The notes under the pieces are model-generated. The model had not been told where the DNA came from. It ran no database searches and saw only the letters and a program-made list of their open reading frames with translations. A DNA stretch of 62,891 bases, filler included, from Basidiobolus meristosporus CBS 931.73 (Eukaryota > Fungi > Basidiobolomycota): assembly GCA_002104905.1 (NCBI GenBank). It is 3 parts of 3 records of this genome, joined end to end, with 100 filler letters (N's around TTAATTAATTAA, not from the genome) between each part and the next. Parts side by side here need not be neighbours in the genome. Positions count along the whole stretch, not along the records: positions 17,463 to 34,877 come from MCFE01001087.1; positions 34,978 to 62,891 come from MCFE01000894.1; 1 more part is not named here. One strand, written 5' to 3'. This document shows, in pieces, positions 34,050 to 46,280 of the stretch (position 1 is its first letter; each line of letters starts with the position of its first letter). The position numbers and the translations under genes were made by a program.

Positions 34050-34250
34050 CAAGTATATTATCCGCCAGTAGGTTTGCATACCTAAAGTTGTGTCTTTGTC
34101 ATTACCAATGCGAACCATGCATCGCTTCTCAACAGCAACCTCGACCCAAGGGCCACCAAAATATATTTCGAAGTGTCCAATCGCATTGATCACCAATGAT
34201 ATCCTCTGCTTCCTCGCTAAACATGTCAGCTACAATAAAATTCGAGGTAC
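34050..34250 (+). pseudogene. Relic 3' end of a fourth POT gene, resembling copy 2
   Basis: QGPPKYISKCPIALITNDILCFLAKHVSYNK versus copy 2 QGPPKYFFYCAIGIVANGVFCLLAKNYTYKE. Downstream sequence also parallels the copy 2 downstream region. The left boundary is approximate. Confidence 0.75.
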
Positions 34251-34591
34251 ACTATTGACGAGAACAAAAGAGGGATAGATGGAATTTAAGTGTAATAGAA
34301 AATAGCTCTTTGGTATTTGGATTTACCAAACCGTAGCTTACTGTTGGTGTTCCCTAACTTTTCGTTACTCGGCAATGCGAAATAAATCCATTAGGAATAC
34401 CATAATCAACGCTCATTATGCACTCTTTTTTTTGTTTGCTTATTGCAGACTGTGTTTCGACGCATCGTGCGCCGACTATGATTCTTTTGGGATAATTGAT
34501 TCACAATCGATCACTGAAGTCACAACTACGATTGATCGTGAACAGGATCCATCATGGATTCTTACCAAAATCACGACTATTTTTGATATTC

Positions 34592-34877
34592 AGCCATCCC
34601 TACACATTTCACCTATTTAGAATATTCATTGCGTGGTGGTCACTGCCCTTAATTCCAGGACTAATTGGATAGTCATCTGACCCGGACTCTAACCTTGAGC
34701 CTTTAAAGTGAAGTGTGGTGACTCCATGATATACTGAGAGGCACGTATGATGAGTTGATATTTGATCTGTCCAGTTTTGGAATGGAAGGATTATAAGGGA
34801 CGGTGAGCGTGATCTTGAATATCCAAGTAAAGTCTAATTTATCGGATGCTGTGCTGAAGTCCTACGCAACTGCAGAG
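34592..34877 (+). repeat. Direct repeat, copy 2, running into the scaffold gap
   Basis: Matches 30558-30843 up to the last base before the N run. Confidence 0.95.
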
Positions 34878-34977
34878 NNNNNNNNNNNNNNNNNNNNNNN
34901 NNNNNNNNNNNNNNNNNNNNNTTAATTAATTAANNNNNNNNNNNNNNNNNNNNNNNNNNNNNNNNNNNNNNNNNNNN
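34878..34977. other. Scaffold gap with TTAATTAATTAA linker (34922-34933)
   Basis: Same 44N-12-44N construct as the first gap. Confidence 0.97.
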
Positions 34978-35210
34978 TAGTCTTTCAAGCTCTTAATGCT
35001 GTAGCCTTGTTTGTCAGTGGGACCTCCACTCTGTTAACTATGGAGGCTGTGGAGGCTGTGGTGGGCAAATTGCCTTTTTCAGCAAACTCATCTACCTTGC
35101 TGGAGTGTAGCTCAACTGGCTGCGCTTCCAGATCTTGTGAAAACAGCTGTTTTCTTGTTGGTAATTCTTCTTGGCTATGATGGGATTCAGTCTGTTCCTG
35201 GCTTGAGGCG

Positions 35211-36657
35211 TTAATTAGCAAGAACTGCAGTTTTTTTTGCATGCCTCCCTGTCTCAGGCTTGGGTAGACATTTTCCCTTTACCTTTTCCTTTATCACTGC
35301 CAGGTCTTTCACTGCTAGTTTGTCTGAGTGCTTCTTGTAAAGAACTACATTTTCTCCTGGATGAATTCTGCTCTGACACATCTGTTTTGGCCTGCTTGTC
35401 CCTTGCAGGCACTCTTCTGGCAACCTGACATTTCTTTTCAGCTTGTTTTGAGCTCTCAACCGTAGTTGTGATGGGCTCCTGTAAAAGCAGCTGGTTTTTA
35501 TCACTGCCAGGTCCTTCACTGCTACTCTGACCAGGTGCTTATTGAGTGGTACTACACTTTTTCTTTGATAAATGTTGTGCTGGTGCATCCATGTCTGCCT
35601 GCTTGTCCATAATTGGCACTCTTCCAGCTGCCTGACGTCTCTTTGACGCTTGTCTAGAGCTTTTGGCCCTGCTTGTAATGGGCTCTTGAGGAAGCCGCTG
35701 GTTTTTAGCCATGGCGCCCTTGTTCTTCTGCCTTTGATAGTTTCTGCTATTCTTAAGATACTTTCTTAGCATACCAATGCTGGCCCAAAATCCATTTGCC
35801 CATTTGAATCCAGGATAATGCTCATGGAACAAGTCAAGTGCATTCTGCTTGACCTTGAGTTCCTGATGGTCCCATGGTATGCCGGCCTTAAGGTGATGGT
35901 GTGCTAGACTTCTGACAGCCTCATGTATATTAGCCCACTCTTCATTACTGCCCTCAACGGCTTCACGGATCTTCAATGTCTTTTGATTTTTAGGCTATAG
36001 TATAAACACCACATTGTCTCCCTCCCATGCTGTGTCAGGTTTTTCTGTGGGCTTAATCTTTGGGCACTGTTGTTGTGCTTCAAAGACTGTACGGTGTTCC
36101 TCTGCTGTTACATCAGGAAATGGCTCAATTCTTGGCTGTGACATTGAGCTACTTGAGTTCCTTCTTTGCAGCAAAGATACTGCTTTCTCTACCTGGGATA
36201 TTGATTGCTCTACATGTATTATCCGCTCATCCTGTTTCTGGACTACTTCCTGATTTCTCTGGGCCATTGCATCTATCCTATCAGCCACTGCACCTAATTG
36301 CTTCATTAATGCTTTGGTATGAGCTGACAACATACTTGCTAACATGGGTGGTGATGTTATCATGGCCACTTGCTGATCTTCAACAGAGGGTACTGCGTTT
36401 GCTACATTCTCATCTGCCTGGACAGAACAGTCAGCTTGTGACTCTGCAGAGGTTCTGAATTGCCTACTTGACTGAGAGCCTGAGGAGTCCACATTATTAC
36501 CTTCAATGGGCACACTGTCCACAGGGCCTTTTTTGGATGTAGCCCCGCTTGTTGCACTGAATGTCAAAGCAAGCTGTTGTCCAACCGTTCTTCTGTTGCC
36601 GTCAGCGGTGGGGTTTGGTTGAGAACCAGACAACTTTGCTTTATTTTTTGGCGGCAT
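35211..36657 (-). pseudogene. Transposon accessory ORF broken into 220, 145 and 125 aa pieces, with internal repeats
   Basis: Low-complexity N-terminus and a coiled-coil-like segment (DRIDAMAQRNQEVVQKQDERIIHVEQSISQVEKAVSLL). A W-rich segment (IPWDHQ..YPGFKWANGFWASIGMLRKYLKNSRN) follows. LAVKDLAVIK is duplicated. CpG-depleted like the flanking TE. Confidence 0.55.
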
Positions 36658-37139
36658 ATATATGGAAGTGAGTCAAACCAAAGGGGAAATAGTGTTACAT
36701 ATACGTGTGTATGTGGTGCCACAACTTTATTTATAATGCTTACTATGGCAGGTCATCATTGAATCTTACATTCATGTAGGTGCGATGTCTCAAATACAGG
36801 ACTGTCTTAAGTTCACATGAGTATTGACCAAAAAGTGATATAGTAGCGTTACATTGTTGAAGGTCAAACTGTTTGCCCCATGGACAAGACTACTTTGACT
36901 CAACACCGCAAGAGAAGAGAAAAAAGACCAAGTGGCTATTGTGGCAAGCCTCTCAGCCATGAAGCACGCAGACAGCATAGGAAGTATTACAAGGATCACC
37001 GCCAGTATTTTGCCACCCAAGTCATATTTGACCATTCATTGGTCACTACTGTACCAACATTATCTTGCCGGCCAGTTGATACTTCTATATCAGCCCTGGC
37101 CGTCTTTGTCACCTTGCGCAAACTGAGTCAGGTGAGTTT

Positions 37140-39570
37140 GTGACGCCTTTAGGCTCACCTCAGCCTTCTGAATATGGCACGCCGAGTGATAGCTCTGACA
37201 AAGAAGGTTCACTGATGGATTTTGAGCCTATTGCCCCTAACAACAGTACCACGTATGAGCCCGGTCAAGTCCCTATATGCAATGAGACAACACCTGTTGA
37301 GACAAATGCCAAGGATACTTTATGGAGCCAAGTGAGCCCAGTAATCCATCTACTGGTGAATGATGTGATGTTGTGGCTAGAGAAGTGGCGCGTTTCCACT
37401 AATATCTGTAATGGGGGCTTTGAGGATTTATTACTACTTCTTGCCAAAATCATACCGGGATGCAACTTACCATGTACATGGTACAAGTGGACAACCGTCA
37501 TGCAGCTGGCAACATATGATCCAGAGACTGTCCTGATTCCAGCATGTGTTAACAGTTGCATGGCATTCACATCCAAAAATGCTACCATTGCAACATGTCC
37601 AAATTGTCAGCAATCCACCACCATTGAGGGAAAACATTGTTCACACTTTGGATATATTCCGGTCATACCCCGTCTGAGGAAGCTGATGCAGTCCAACAAA
37701 TATTACAAAGCTATACAGTACCGCACTCAGTATCAATCAAGCGCAAACATATCCAATAAATTCAATAGCAAACATTACAAACAGCCAAGATGCAAGGGCT
37801 ACTTTGAAGATATGTATGACCGTGCCTTTGCTTTAGCACTTGATGGATTCTCATTAAACATGTACTCTACCAGCAAATCCTGCAGGCCACTGATTCTCAT
37901 CAATTTGGATCTGCCGCCCATCTTACAGTATCAGAGCAATAATCTGATGGTAGTCTCACTGGTATCTGGGCCTAAATCACCGTCCAACCTGGATAGCTAC
38001 CTGTATCCATTGCTGAATGAATTTTGTATGCTTTCCAGCGGGATAATGGTGAATGGCCGTCATGTAAAAGTGCATATTATTATCTGCATTAGAGATACCC
38101 CAGCCATCAGCAAGATAACAGGTTTTTCTGTGCACAATGGACGGTATTGTTGTCAAATGTGTGAGATCCAGGGGATTTACTCCATAACTCACACACATTA
38201 TTATTACCCAAACACCAGCACTAAGAACATCATCTTTCCACAGAAAGAATGTACAGAAGTAAGCATGCAATTGCAGCAAAGTTGGCAAGCTATAAGCCAT
38301 CAGCCAGAATATGGAATCAATCAGAAACCAGAGATACCTAAGATAGAGGGCATCTGTTGGAGCAAAAGAATTCCACTGGGAGCAATGCATTTGCTTTAAA
38401 ACAAAATCCCTATACTGATGACCAAGTTGTACATGGGGCATTTCAAGCTAGATGAGCCCTTTGAGATACCGGAGAAATTTGAAAAAATTGGCAAGATATT
38501 ACAGGGTATCCGCTACCCTAAGTACTTCTCACAGGCTCCAATCAATATTCATACACACATGCAACAATACAAATGCAAAGACTGGATGAACTGGATGTGT
38601 ATTTATTCAAGTGGTGTTCTGAAGCCATTCCTACCAAGAGTACATTGGAAGCATTGGGAGTCATATGTGGACATTGTAGGAATACTTATCCAGAAGCGGA
38701 TCACCAATGTCAACTTGACGCATCTGCAGCTGTTGTGTGAGGAGTTTGTGATGGGATATGAGCGGCTATACTACAAACATAAAGCTGAACGTGTAGATCT
38801 CTGCCACTACTGTATCCATTCTCTACTCCATCTTGCACAGTGTGTGGAGAATATTGGGCCTTGCTTCACCTTTTGGGAGTTTCCTATAGAGTGGATGTGT
38901 GGGGAGATAGGATGACTAGTCAAGTTGCAGGTACTACCATATCCCAATCTCATCAAGAATATTACCTTCAAGTCCGTCATGGATGTGATGAGTTGGCACA
39001 TGGAGGACAGCCAGAAAGAGTTGGAAAATACTGAGGACAAATGTGAACATGGAGACACCTATGCCTATGGCATTAAGAAGCTAAGCAGCCCCAATGCGTG
39101 GCTAATCAGTTAAGTAATGCAAAGTTGGGTTGGGTGCAACAAGCAACTAATTTTTATCAGGAAAACTCCACCAAGCTATGCCAGATTTCTTGTGGTCACA
39201 AGCCAACTTCTACACCATTCAATACGGAATTCACACAAACAAAAGCCAGAGTGCACCTATAAGGGGGACTAAAATCCAGCAGGGAGAAGGAATATATTGG
39301 CTAAATACCAACAAGTTCTTTGCCAATATTCAGGAGGTATTCATGGAGGAAGTGGCAACAACCAAGCATATGTTTGCAAGATGTATATGCTACCAGCAGT
39401 ACAAGGTATATGGCAACTTTGCAAGTATCACACTAAAAAGCCACAAAGTTGAGGTGATAGAAGTATGTCAATTGCAGCAGGTGTGCGCGTTTGTAGAGGT
39501 TAGTAAGCAGGAGGCCATAGTTTTTTTTGATTCAAACTATATGTGGAATACCCAAGGTAGTAGTGGGTAA
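37140..39570 (+). pseudogene. CACTA-type (Transposase_21/TNP2-like plus DUF4218-like) transposase, disrupted
   Basis: Motifs ACVNSC..CPNC, LALDGF..LILINLDLPP..GPKSPSNLDSYLYPL, DTPA..GFSVHNG..CQMC, GAMHLL. The next ORF 38418-38915 has HSLLHL..IGP..FWEFPIEWMCG. Family names are from motif recognition, not an HMM run. Confidence 0.85.
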
Positions 39571-40069
39571 GCAAATAAAGAAAGGTGATTCTACAGTTGA
39601 ATATATGAATTGCACGAGGGGAGGTAGAAAAGGGAAATACCATTTGGTAAATTGGTATGGTAGCATTATACATAACCAGCGGCAGGCCAACATACTGCCG
39701 TAAAAAAAGCCATCAGAGTCTTGCTGTGAGGCCGTCAAAATACCGTCAGGTTTCTTGCCATATAAGGCAATTGGAAGTCCTGGCCAATTGGATCCACTTA
39801 AAATAGTAATAGAGCGCTGAAAGACCGCAAAAATAACATGCAAATATTGTCACAGCACCAATCAAAAATTGTCAAGTTTTATCCCTTTATTTGGCTGAAA
39901 AATTCGCAAAACACCGTCATGATCTTGTTATAAGATTGTCAGGAGGGTCACTAATTCCAAGCAGCTGTTAGTATGACGGTCTCTGAACGGGATCTTGACA
40001 GATGATCCGGATTGGATCCGCCCGCGGGACCAAATTATTTTTCATAGGGAACATTCCCAATAAATCTGG

Positions 40070-41254
40070 CAATATAAACAGGCTGGCACTATGTGGCACT
40101 ATACAATAGAACATGTCTATATTCCTTAACCTGAATCTGCCACCTATCTTACAGTATCCAAGCAGAAATCTGAAGGTAGTCTCACTGATATCTTGCCGTA
40201 AAACACTGTCCAACCTGGATAGCTACCTGCATCCATTGCTGGATGAGCTTTGTATGCTCTCCAGCAGGATAACCATGAATGACTGTGATGTCAAAGTGCC
40301 TACTACAATCTGCATTGGAAATGCCCCGGCCATCATTAAGATAGCAGGCTTCTCTGGGCACAATGGACAGCATTGCTGTCAAGTATGTGAGATCCAGGGG
40401 ACTTACTTCATAACTCACACACATTATTATTACCTAAACACTAAAAATCAAAGCATTGTGAGTTATAGGTAGACATTGAATGAATATTTATCCAGAAGCA
40501 GATCACTAATCCAACTTAACACCTCTACAGCTTTTGTACAAGGAGTTTGTGATGGGATTTAGGCAGCTACACTACAAAAATAAAGCTGAATATATAGATC
40601 TCCGTCACTACTAGGAATGGTGTGCTTAGCAGTAAGCAGAAGCTCTACAATGCAATATTTAATCATTTCATGGTGAGGGTAAAGCATACATTTGAACATC
40701 TGAAGAGATTTGGCATATTGGTTGGTAAATGCAGAGGAAAGTAATAAGTCGGAGAAAACAGCAGAATGGGAAAAGAGTTAAGATACTTATTAATGCACAT
40801 TATATTGATACATGAAGATATCCACTGAGAGAAATGAGTGTGGAGCATTATGCAGAGTAAACAAGGCAAGGAAAGCACTATTCTGAGCAACATAAGTACA
40901 ATTAAAAAAGTTACCATCATTCTCCTGTAATAATGCTAGCAGAGGTTTGCAATGATGCTATCAGAATGCTGTCAAGTTTCTTGCCATGTAAACTTGATGG
41001 GTCTGCTGAAATAGATGTAGAATACATTAAACCTGTAAAAATATAACACATTTCTTGCCAAAACACTGTTTGAATACTGTCAAGCTTTTAGTCTTATCGG
41101 TCTCAAAACCAGCACACAATGTCACAATCCTATCATAAGATCCTGTTGAGGGTCAAGAACTCTAATCAACCAGCATTACAATAGTATTATTGCAGAATCT
41201 TGATGGCCAATCTTGATAGAATTGACCCATAAAACCAAATTTTCTTTCAAAGGG
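40070..41254 (+). mobile_element. Second, more decayed CACTA fragment (internal transposase piece plus right subterminal region)
   Basis: ORF 40113-40472 repeats the NLPP..LDSYLHPL..CQVC block. 40930-41254 is a diverged direct copy of ~39700-40049, ending ...TTCAAAGGG. Confidence 0.75.
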
Positions 41255-41264
41255 TAGGTTGAGT

Positions 41265-41632
41265 TGTTACAAGTCTTGGTATAAGAGTTGTAGAGGAATA
41301 GGGAGTTTAGCTAGTATTGTATTCACTAAAACTTGAACTGATTTTTATTGAGGTTCCAGCAGCTCCTTATATACATTTTGCCAGATCAATTGCTGACTAA
41401 TTGTATTTCCTAATGTAGGTTGTGGCTGATGACTCATTTGATTGCATCATCATCACCCAATAAGATCCTACTTAATATATCTATTTCTGTCTGATAAGGA
41501 TCTGCTGATTCATTTGCTGACTAATGCTACTGCTTTCATAGATAATACTGATGTACTGATAACCTAAACATATACTAACTGATTTGACTAAAAACTGATC
41601 TAACTTAAACATTCAAGCGGCAGATCATAACA
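41265..41632 (-). repeat. Gypsy 3' LTR
   Basis: Sense strand TGTTATGATC...CTTGTAACA with TATATAAG and downstream AATAAA. Confidence 0.97.
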
Positions 41633-41642
41633 TTCTCCCCTA

Positions 41643-44600
41643 CTAAAGTTGAGAGGGTTCTCCTGAATCTCTTTTCTTGTGATACCAATATCTTGATGGT
41701 TCAGTATTATCAGCAAGTCTTGCAAGCTTGAGTCTGTCCCTATGCACTAAGTCTTCCCGGATATTGCCTTGTTTGTCCACCAGTTGGTAAGTTGCAAATG
41801 GACATTCTCTGATGATCTTGAATGGTCCTGTCCATTGTGGCTCAAACTTCTTCCGAGTGTTGTTTCTTAGCAATACAAAGTTCCCAACTGTCAATGCTTC
41901 TGGTGCTATAGTCTTATCAAATCTCTGCTTCATCTTTTCTGCACTTTGAGATACTTTGGTCTGTGCCTCTTGACGTCTTTGTTCCAGTTGCTGGTGTCTA
42001 CTTGGCTGACTGAGTTCATCTTCTAAGGTGTCTGTAAGCTTTGGTTGTGTGAGATCTCCTGGAATCCTTGGTTTACATCCATAAACTAAGTAAAATGGTG
42101 ATTGCTGGGTGGTGTTGTGTACTCTGACTCTGCATGCAAAGAGTGCTTGGTCTATATACTCATCCCATCTACTGACAACTCCATTTGCATACTTGGTCAG
42201 CATTTTTCCAAATAATCCATTAAACCGCTCAGTGACTCCATTAGTTCTGGGGTGATATGCCGAGGTTTTCAAGTGTCTGATCTGCTGCATTTCCAGGTAA
42301 GCCTCTAATGTCTTTGCCATAAAGTTTGCACCTCTATCGGATAAGATCTCCACAGGGCATCCAAACTTCATCAGGATCTCATGGTAAATGAAACTTGCAA
42401 CTTCTTGTTCACTGGCTATTGGTACAGCTTTAGCAACTGGCCATTTAGTGGCATGGTCAATTGCTACTAGGATCCAACGGTTGCATTTCCTGGTAGTTGG
42501 CAGTCTTCCAATAAAGTCAATTCCCCATCTCTCAAATGGTCTTACAGGCTCCAAAGGGAAGAGTTCGGCAATTCTTTGTGGCTGGCCTTGATTGATTTGG
42601 CAGTTTGGGCATGTTTTTACTAGCTTCTCAATGTCTTGTTTCATTCTGGGCCACCATGCTCTGGCTTTTACAAGGCTATAGGTTCCTTCAATCCCAAGAT
42701 GTCCATATCCATTGTGTAGCTTATGTATTAAATCCAGGCGAGCAACATAAGGACAATAGGCAATAGGGCTTCCATCAACAATTCGGTAGAGTGTTTCATT
42801 CTGTACAACAAATTTGCTGGCCTCATCACGGATTATCTTCTTGATATCTTCATCCACCTCATTAGGAATGGCTTGGTCCTCCAAGTACTTTGGTAATAGG
42901 CTAGGCCAATCTGATTCATGCACCAAGTTGAGTTGTGCAACTTGATCTAATCTTGATAAGGCATCAGCAACCGTGTTGTTTTTTCCAGGACAGTAGACAA
43001 TCTTCAGGTCAAATTGCTGAATGTATTCACTCCATCTTGTCATTCTTCTAGAGAGTACCTTCAGAGTAAATATATACTTGAGGGAGGCATGATCAGTCTT
43101 CACAGTGCATTTGACTCCTTCAATATAGCATCTCCATGTCTTCAAACAGTGTATTATAGCAAGCATCTCCTTCTCATGAACTGGATAGTTTTGTTCTGCT
43201 GAGTTCAGTTTCTTGGATTCAAAGGCAACAGGGTAGTCCTTTCCCTCGTGTTCTTGGCTCAGCACTCCACCAATTGCATAATCTGAAGCATCTGTGCACA
43301 GAGTGAACTCTTTTCTGAAGTCTGGTATTCTTAAGCTTGGCAGCTTAGCAAGTTCATTCTTTAGTGTCTGGAAGGCAGTCTCACAAGCTATGTCCCACTT
43401 GTAGGTATTGTCTTTCTTGAGGATATCAGTTAAAGGGGCTGCAATACTTGCAAATGACTTGACAAATCTCCGATAATAGGAAACCATTCCAAGGAAGGAT
43501 CTGAGTTCTGATATGCTATGGGGCTGCTTCAAATTCTTGATTACTTCCACCTTCTTGGGGTCTAAGGTTACTCCTGTGCTAGTCACTATGTGTCCCAGAT
43601 ATTCTACGTGTTCCTTGAAGAATTCACACTTGGCTAGCTTGCCGTATAGCTTGTTCTCTCTTAGTTTCTTCAAGACCTTTTCAATGTGCACCATGTGATC
43701 CTTTTCTGTCATGCTGTATATCAATATGTCATCCAGGTAGATTATCACAAACTTGTCTAAGTACTCCTGAAAGACAGTCTGCATCAGCGTCATGAATGTT
43801 GCAGGGGCATTAGTGAGGCCAAAACTCATGACTAAGTACTCGTAATGTCCATATCTGGTCCTGAATGCTGTCTTAGGGATATCTTCTGGTTTCACCCTAA
43901 TCTGGTTGTATCCTGACATGAGGTCGATCTTGCTGAAAATAGTGGCTCCATTAAGTTGGTCCAAAAGCTCATCAATCCGAGGTATGGGGTACTTATTCTT
44001 GACGGTAACTGAGTTCAGGGCTCTGTAGTCAATGCACATCCTAAGTGTTCCATCCTTCTTTTTCACAAAAAGCACTGGTGCTCCCCAAGGTGACTTGCTG
44101 GGCCTGATGTATCCTTGCTCCAATAGCTGATCAATTTGTTTCTTCATTTCCTCCAATTCCAATGGACTCATTCTGTAAGGTGTCTTGCTCACTGGAGGGC
44201 TATCTCCTGTGTCAATGGCATGATCCACGTCTCTGACTGGTGGTAGGCTTACAAGCTCATCTGGAAACACGTCTGAATATTTCTTCAAGAGAGTCTGGAC
44301 CTGCTGGGGTGCTAGGATAGAGGAATCCTCCTGTAATACCGCCATGAGGAACATCTGGGTACCTTTTCTAAGTGCTCTACAGAACTGGGTCTTGCTAAGT
44401 TCACTTGTCTCACACACACTGGAATTGACCAAGTTGAAATCCAGCCTGGCAGGTAATAGCTCATAGGTCTTGTTGTCTTTTTGGATCTGAGTAGCATGGG
44501 TTCTCCAGTTGATTGATGGATTACGACAAAATAGCCAGGTTTTCCCAAGTACAAGGTCAAACTTGCAGTTCCCAAATATATAAGCCTGTAGGTCTTCTTC

Positions 44601-45776
44601 ATAGTCATTGATCTTCATTCTTACTGGCTGGGTAATACGGTTGATTATGTGGGAGTTCCCATCAGCTGTGGAGACTGAAGTTGATTTGGTAGGTTCCAAG
44701 TTGATTCCAGCTTTCAAAGCAAATTGCTCTGACATGTACTCATGCGATGCTCCTGAGTCAATCATGATCTTGGCAGGTACTCCATTGATTGCTCCATTCA
44801 GGTACAATAACTTCCCTGAGTTTGAAGTCATTTGGGACAAGTACTCTTCTGTCATATGGAAGGTGAGTTCCGAGTCTTCTTCAAGCTCATCTTCCTCATT
44901 ATTGTGTTCATGGGACTCAATATGGTTGAAGGTTCTTGTTGGCTGGTGTCCATTTCTTTTCTGAGGGCAGTACTTTGCAATATGTCCCTGCTGGTGGCAA
45001 TTGAAGCAAAGTCCTCTCTTCTTGCATTCTTCTGAGGAGGGATTCTTCTGCATAGCGTCTATTTCCATTGGTACTGCTTCTGATTGTCTTCTTTCATAAT
45101 GATTATAGCCTTTCTGACTAGTCACTGTAGGCTTCCCAACTCCAAACATAGCTGAGTCATAGTCAATGGCAATCTTGATGGCTTCTTCAATAGTCTGAGG
45201 TCTTCGGTAATTGACTTCCTTGCGAGTTCTTTCTTTCAACCCATCAATAAAGTATTCAACTTGATCCAAGGGGTCCATTCTTTCAATTTGTCCAAGTAGA
45301 CATCTGTACTCATAGATGTATTCTTGCACCATTCCTTTCTGTCTGAGTGTCTTTAACTTCCTTCTTAGTAGTGTCTGCTGGTGTGGAGGTTCAAAAGCAT
45401 CCTGAATTTCCGACACAAACTCATCCCAGGTAGAGATTGTAGAGCATCCCATCATAGTAGCTGACCTGATCTTGTTGTGGTACCACTGTAAAGCTGCATC
45501 TGCCAGGTAAGAAGCTGCATAATGCAACTTGCTCTCTGGAGCAATTCCTTTAGCTTTAAAAGCTTCTTCAATCTGAAAGAGCCAAGTTCCCAGGTTTTCA
45601 TTGACTCTGCCATGGTACCGGTTGACCTTCACACTAAAGTTGCTCTTGACAGGGCTTTGCTGGCTCTGAGCCATGGTAGTCATTCCTTGTTGCTGTTGGC
45701 TGAGGATCTGGAGTAGCTGTTGCTGTTGGGCCAGGATTTGCTGCATGGCATTCTTCCATTCTTGATTGTCCGACAT
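41643..45776 (-). CDS. Ty3/gypsy gag-pol polyprotein (1377 aa): gag, CCHC, protease, RT, RNase H, integrase with GPF motif; no chromodomain
   Basis: Motifs [58 protein letters not shown]. Confidence 0.98.
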   Translation of the reverse strand: MSDNQEWKNAMQQILAQQQQLLQILSQQQQGMTTMAQSQQSPVKSNFSVKVNRYHGRVNENLGTWLFQIEEAFKAKGIAPESKLHYAASYLADAALQWYHNKIRSATMMGCSTISTWDEFVSEIQDAFEPPHQQTLLRRKLKTLRQKGMVQEYIYEYRCLLGQIERMDPLDQVEYFIDGLKERTRKEVNYRRPQTIEEAIKIAIDYDSAMFGVGKPTVTSQKGYNHYERRQSEAVPMEIDAMQKNPSSEECKKRGLCFNCHQQGHIAKYCPQKRNGHQPTRTFNHIESHEHNNEEDELEEDSELTFHMTEEYLSQMTSNSGKLLYLNGAINGVPAKIMIDSGASHEYMSEQFALKAGINLEPTKSTSVSTADGNSHIINRITQPVRMKINDYEEDLQAYIFGNCKFDLVLGKTWLFCRNPSINWRTHATQIQKDNKTYELLPARLDFNLVNSSVCETSELSKTQFCRALRKGTQMFLMAVLQEDSSILAPQQVQTLLKKYSDVFPDELVSLPPVRDVDHAIDTGDSPPVSKTPYRMSPLELEEMKKQIDQLLEQGYIRPSKSPWGAPVLFVKKKDGTLRMCIDYRALNSVTVKNKYPIPRIDELLDQLNGATIFSKIDLMSGYNQIRVKPEDIPKTAFRTRYGHYEYLVMSFGLTNAPATFMTLMQTVFQEYLDKFVIIYLDDILIYSMTEKDHMVHIEKVLKKLRENKLYGKLAKCEFFKEHVEYLGHIVTSTGVTLDPKKVEVIKNLKQPHSISELRSFLGMVSYYRRFVKSFASIAAPLTDILKKDNTYKWDIACETAFQTLKNELAKLPSLRIPDFRKEFTLCTDASDYAIGGVLSQEHEGKDYPVAFESKKLNSAEQNYPVHEKEMLAIIHCLKTWRCYIEGVKCTVKTDHASLKYIFTLKVLSRRMTRWSEYIQQFDLKIVYCPGKNNTVADALSRLDQVAQLNLVHESDWPSLLPKYLEDQAIPNEVDEDIKKIIRDEASKFVVQNETLYRIVDGSPIAYCPYVARLDLIHKLHNGYGHLGIEGTYSLVKARAWWPRMKQDIEKLVKTCPNCQINQGQPQRIAELFPLEPVRPFERWGIDFIGRLPTTRKCNRWILVAIDHATKWPVAKAVPIASEQEVASFIYHEILMKFGCPVEILSDRGANFMAKTLEAYLEMQQIRHLKTSAYHPRTNGVTERFNGLFGKMLTKYANGVVSRWDEYIDQALFACRVRVHNTTQQSPFYLVYGCKPRIPGDLTQPKLTDTLEDELSQPSRHQQLEQRRQEAQTKVSQSAEKMKQRFDKTIAPEALTVGNFVLLRNNTRKKFEPQWTGPFKIIRECPFATYQLVDKQGNIREDLVHRDRLKLARLADNTEPSRYWYHKKRDSGEPSQL

Positions 45777-45834
45777 CTTGAGGGTGGTTTCTTCTTTCTT
45801 CAGGAGGGAGGTTTCTGGTTATCGCTGCTACCAA

Positions 45835-46202
45835 TGTTACAAGTCTTGGTATAAGAGTTGTAGAGGAATAGGGAGTTTAGCTAGTATTGTATTCACTAAA
45901 ACTTGAACTGATTTTTATTGAGGTTCCAGCAGCTCCTTATATACATTTTGCCAGATCAATTGCTGACTAATTGTATTTCCTAATGTAGGTTGTGGCTGAT
46001 GACTCATTTGATTGCATCATCATCACCCAATAAGATCCTACTTAATATATCTATTTCTGTCTGATAAGGATCTGCTGATTCATTTGCTGACTAATGCTAC
46101 TGCTTTCATAGATAATACTGATGTACTGATAACCTAAACATATACTAACTGATTTGACTAAAAACTGATCTAACTTAAACATTCAAGCGGCAGATCATAA
46201 CA
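45835..46202 (-). repeat. Gypsy 5' LTR
   Basis: Identical by eye to 41265-41632; adjoins the PBS. Confidence 0.97.
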
Positions 46203-46280
46203 GAGTTCATATATTTATCAGCTTCTGGTCTCATGTGATTAAACATATCTATTGCCATCAGGCAATGTGTTAGGATAAGC

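Larger units (their letters stand above)
34978..40049 (+). mobile_element. CACTA/EnSpm-superfamily DNA transposon, decayed; left end lost in gap
   Basis: Transposase on + (37140-39570) and a divergent accessory ORF on - (35211-36657). The right region has short repeats (CCGTCA/TGTCAAG) ending ...TTCATAGGG at 40049, read as a CCC-type terminus (inference). Confidence 0.75.
41265..46202 (-). mobile_element. Intact Ty3/gypsy LTR retrotransposon (4938 bp)
   Basis: Two 368-bp LTRs (41265-41632, 45835-46202), identical by eye. 4-bp TSD GAGT, PBS TGGTAGCAGCG (45833-45823), PPT next to the 3' LTR, and a single open gag-pol. Confidence 0.98.
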
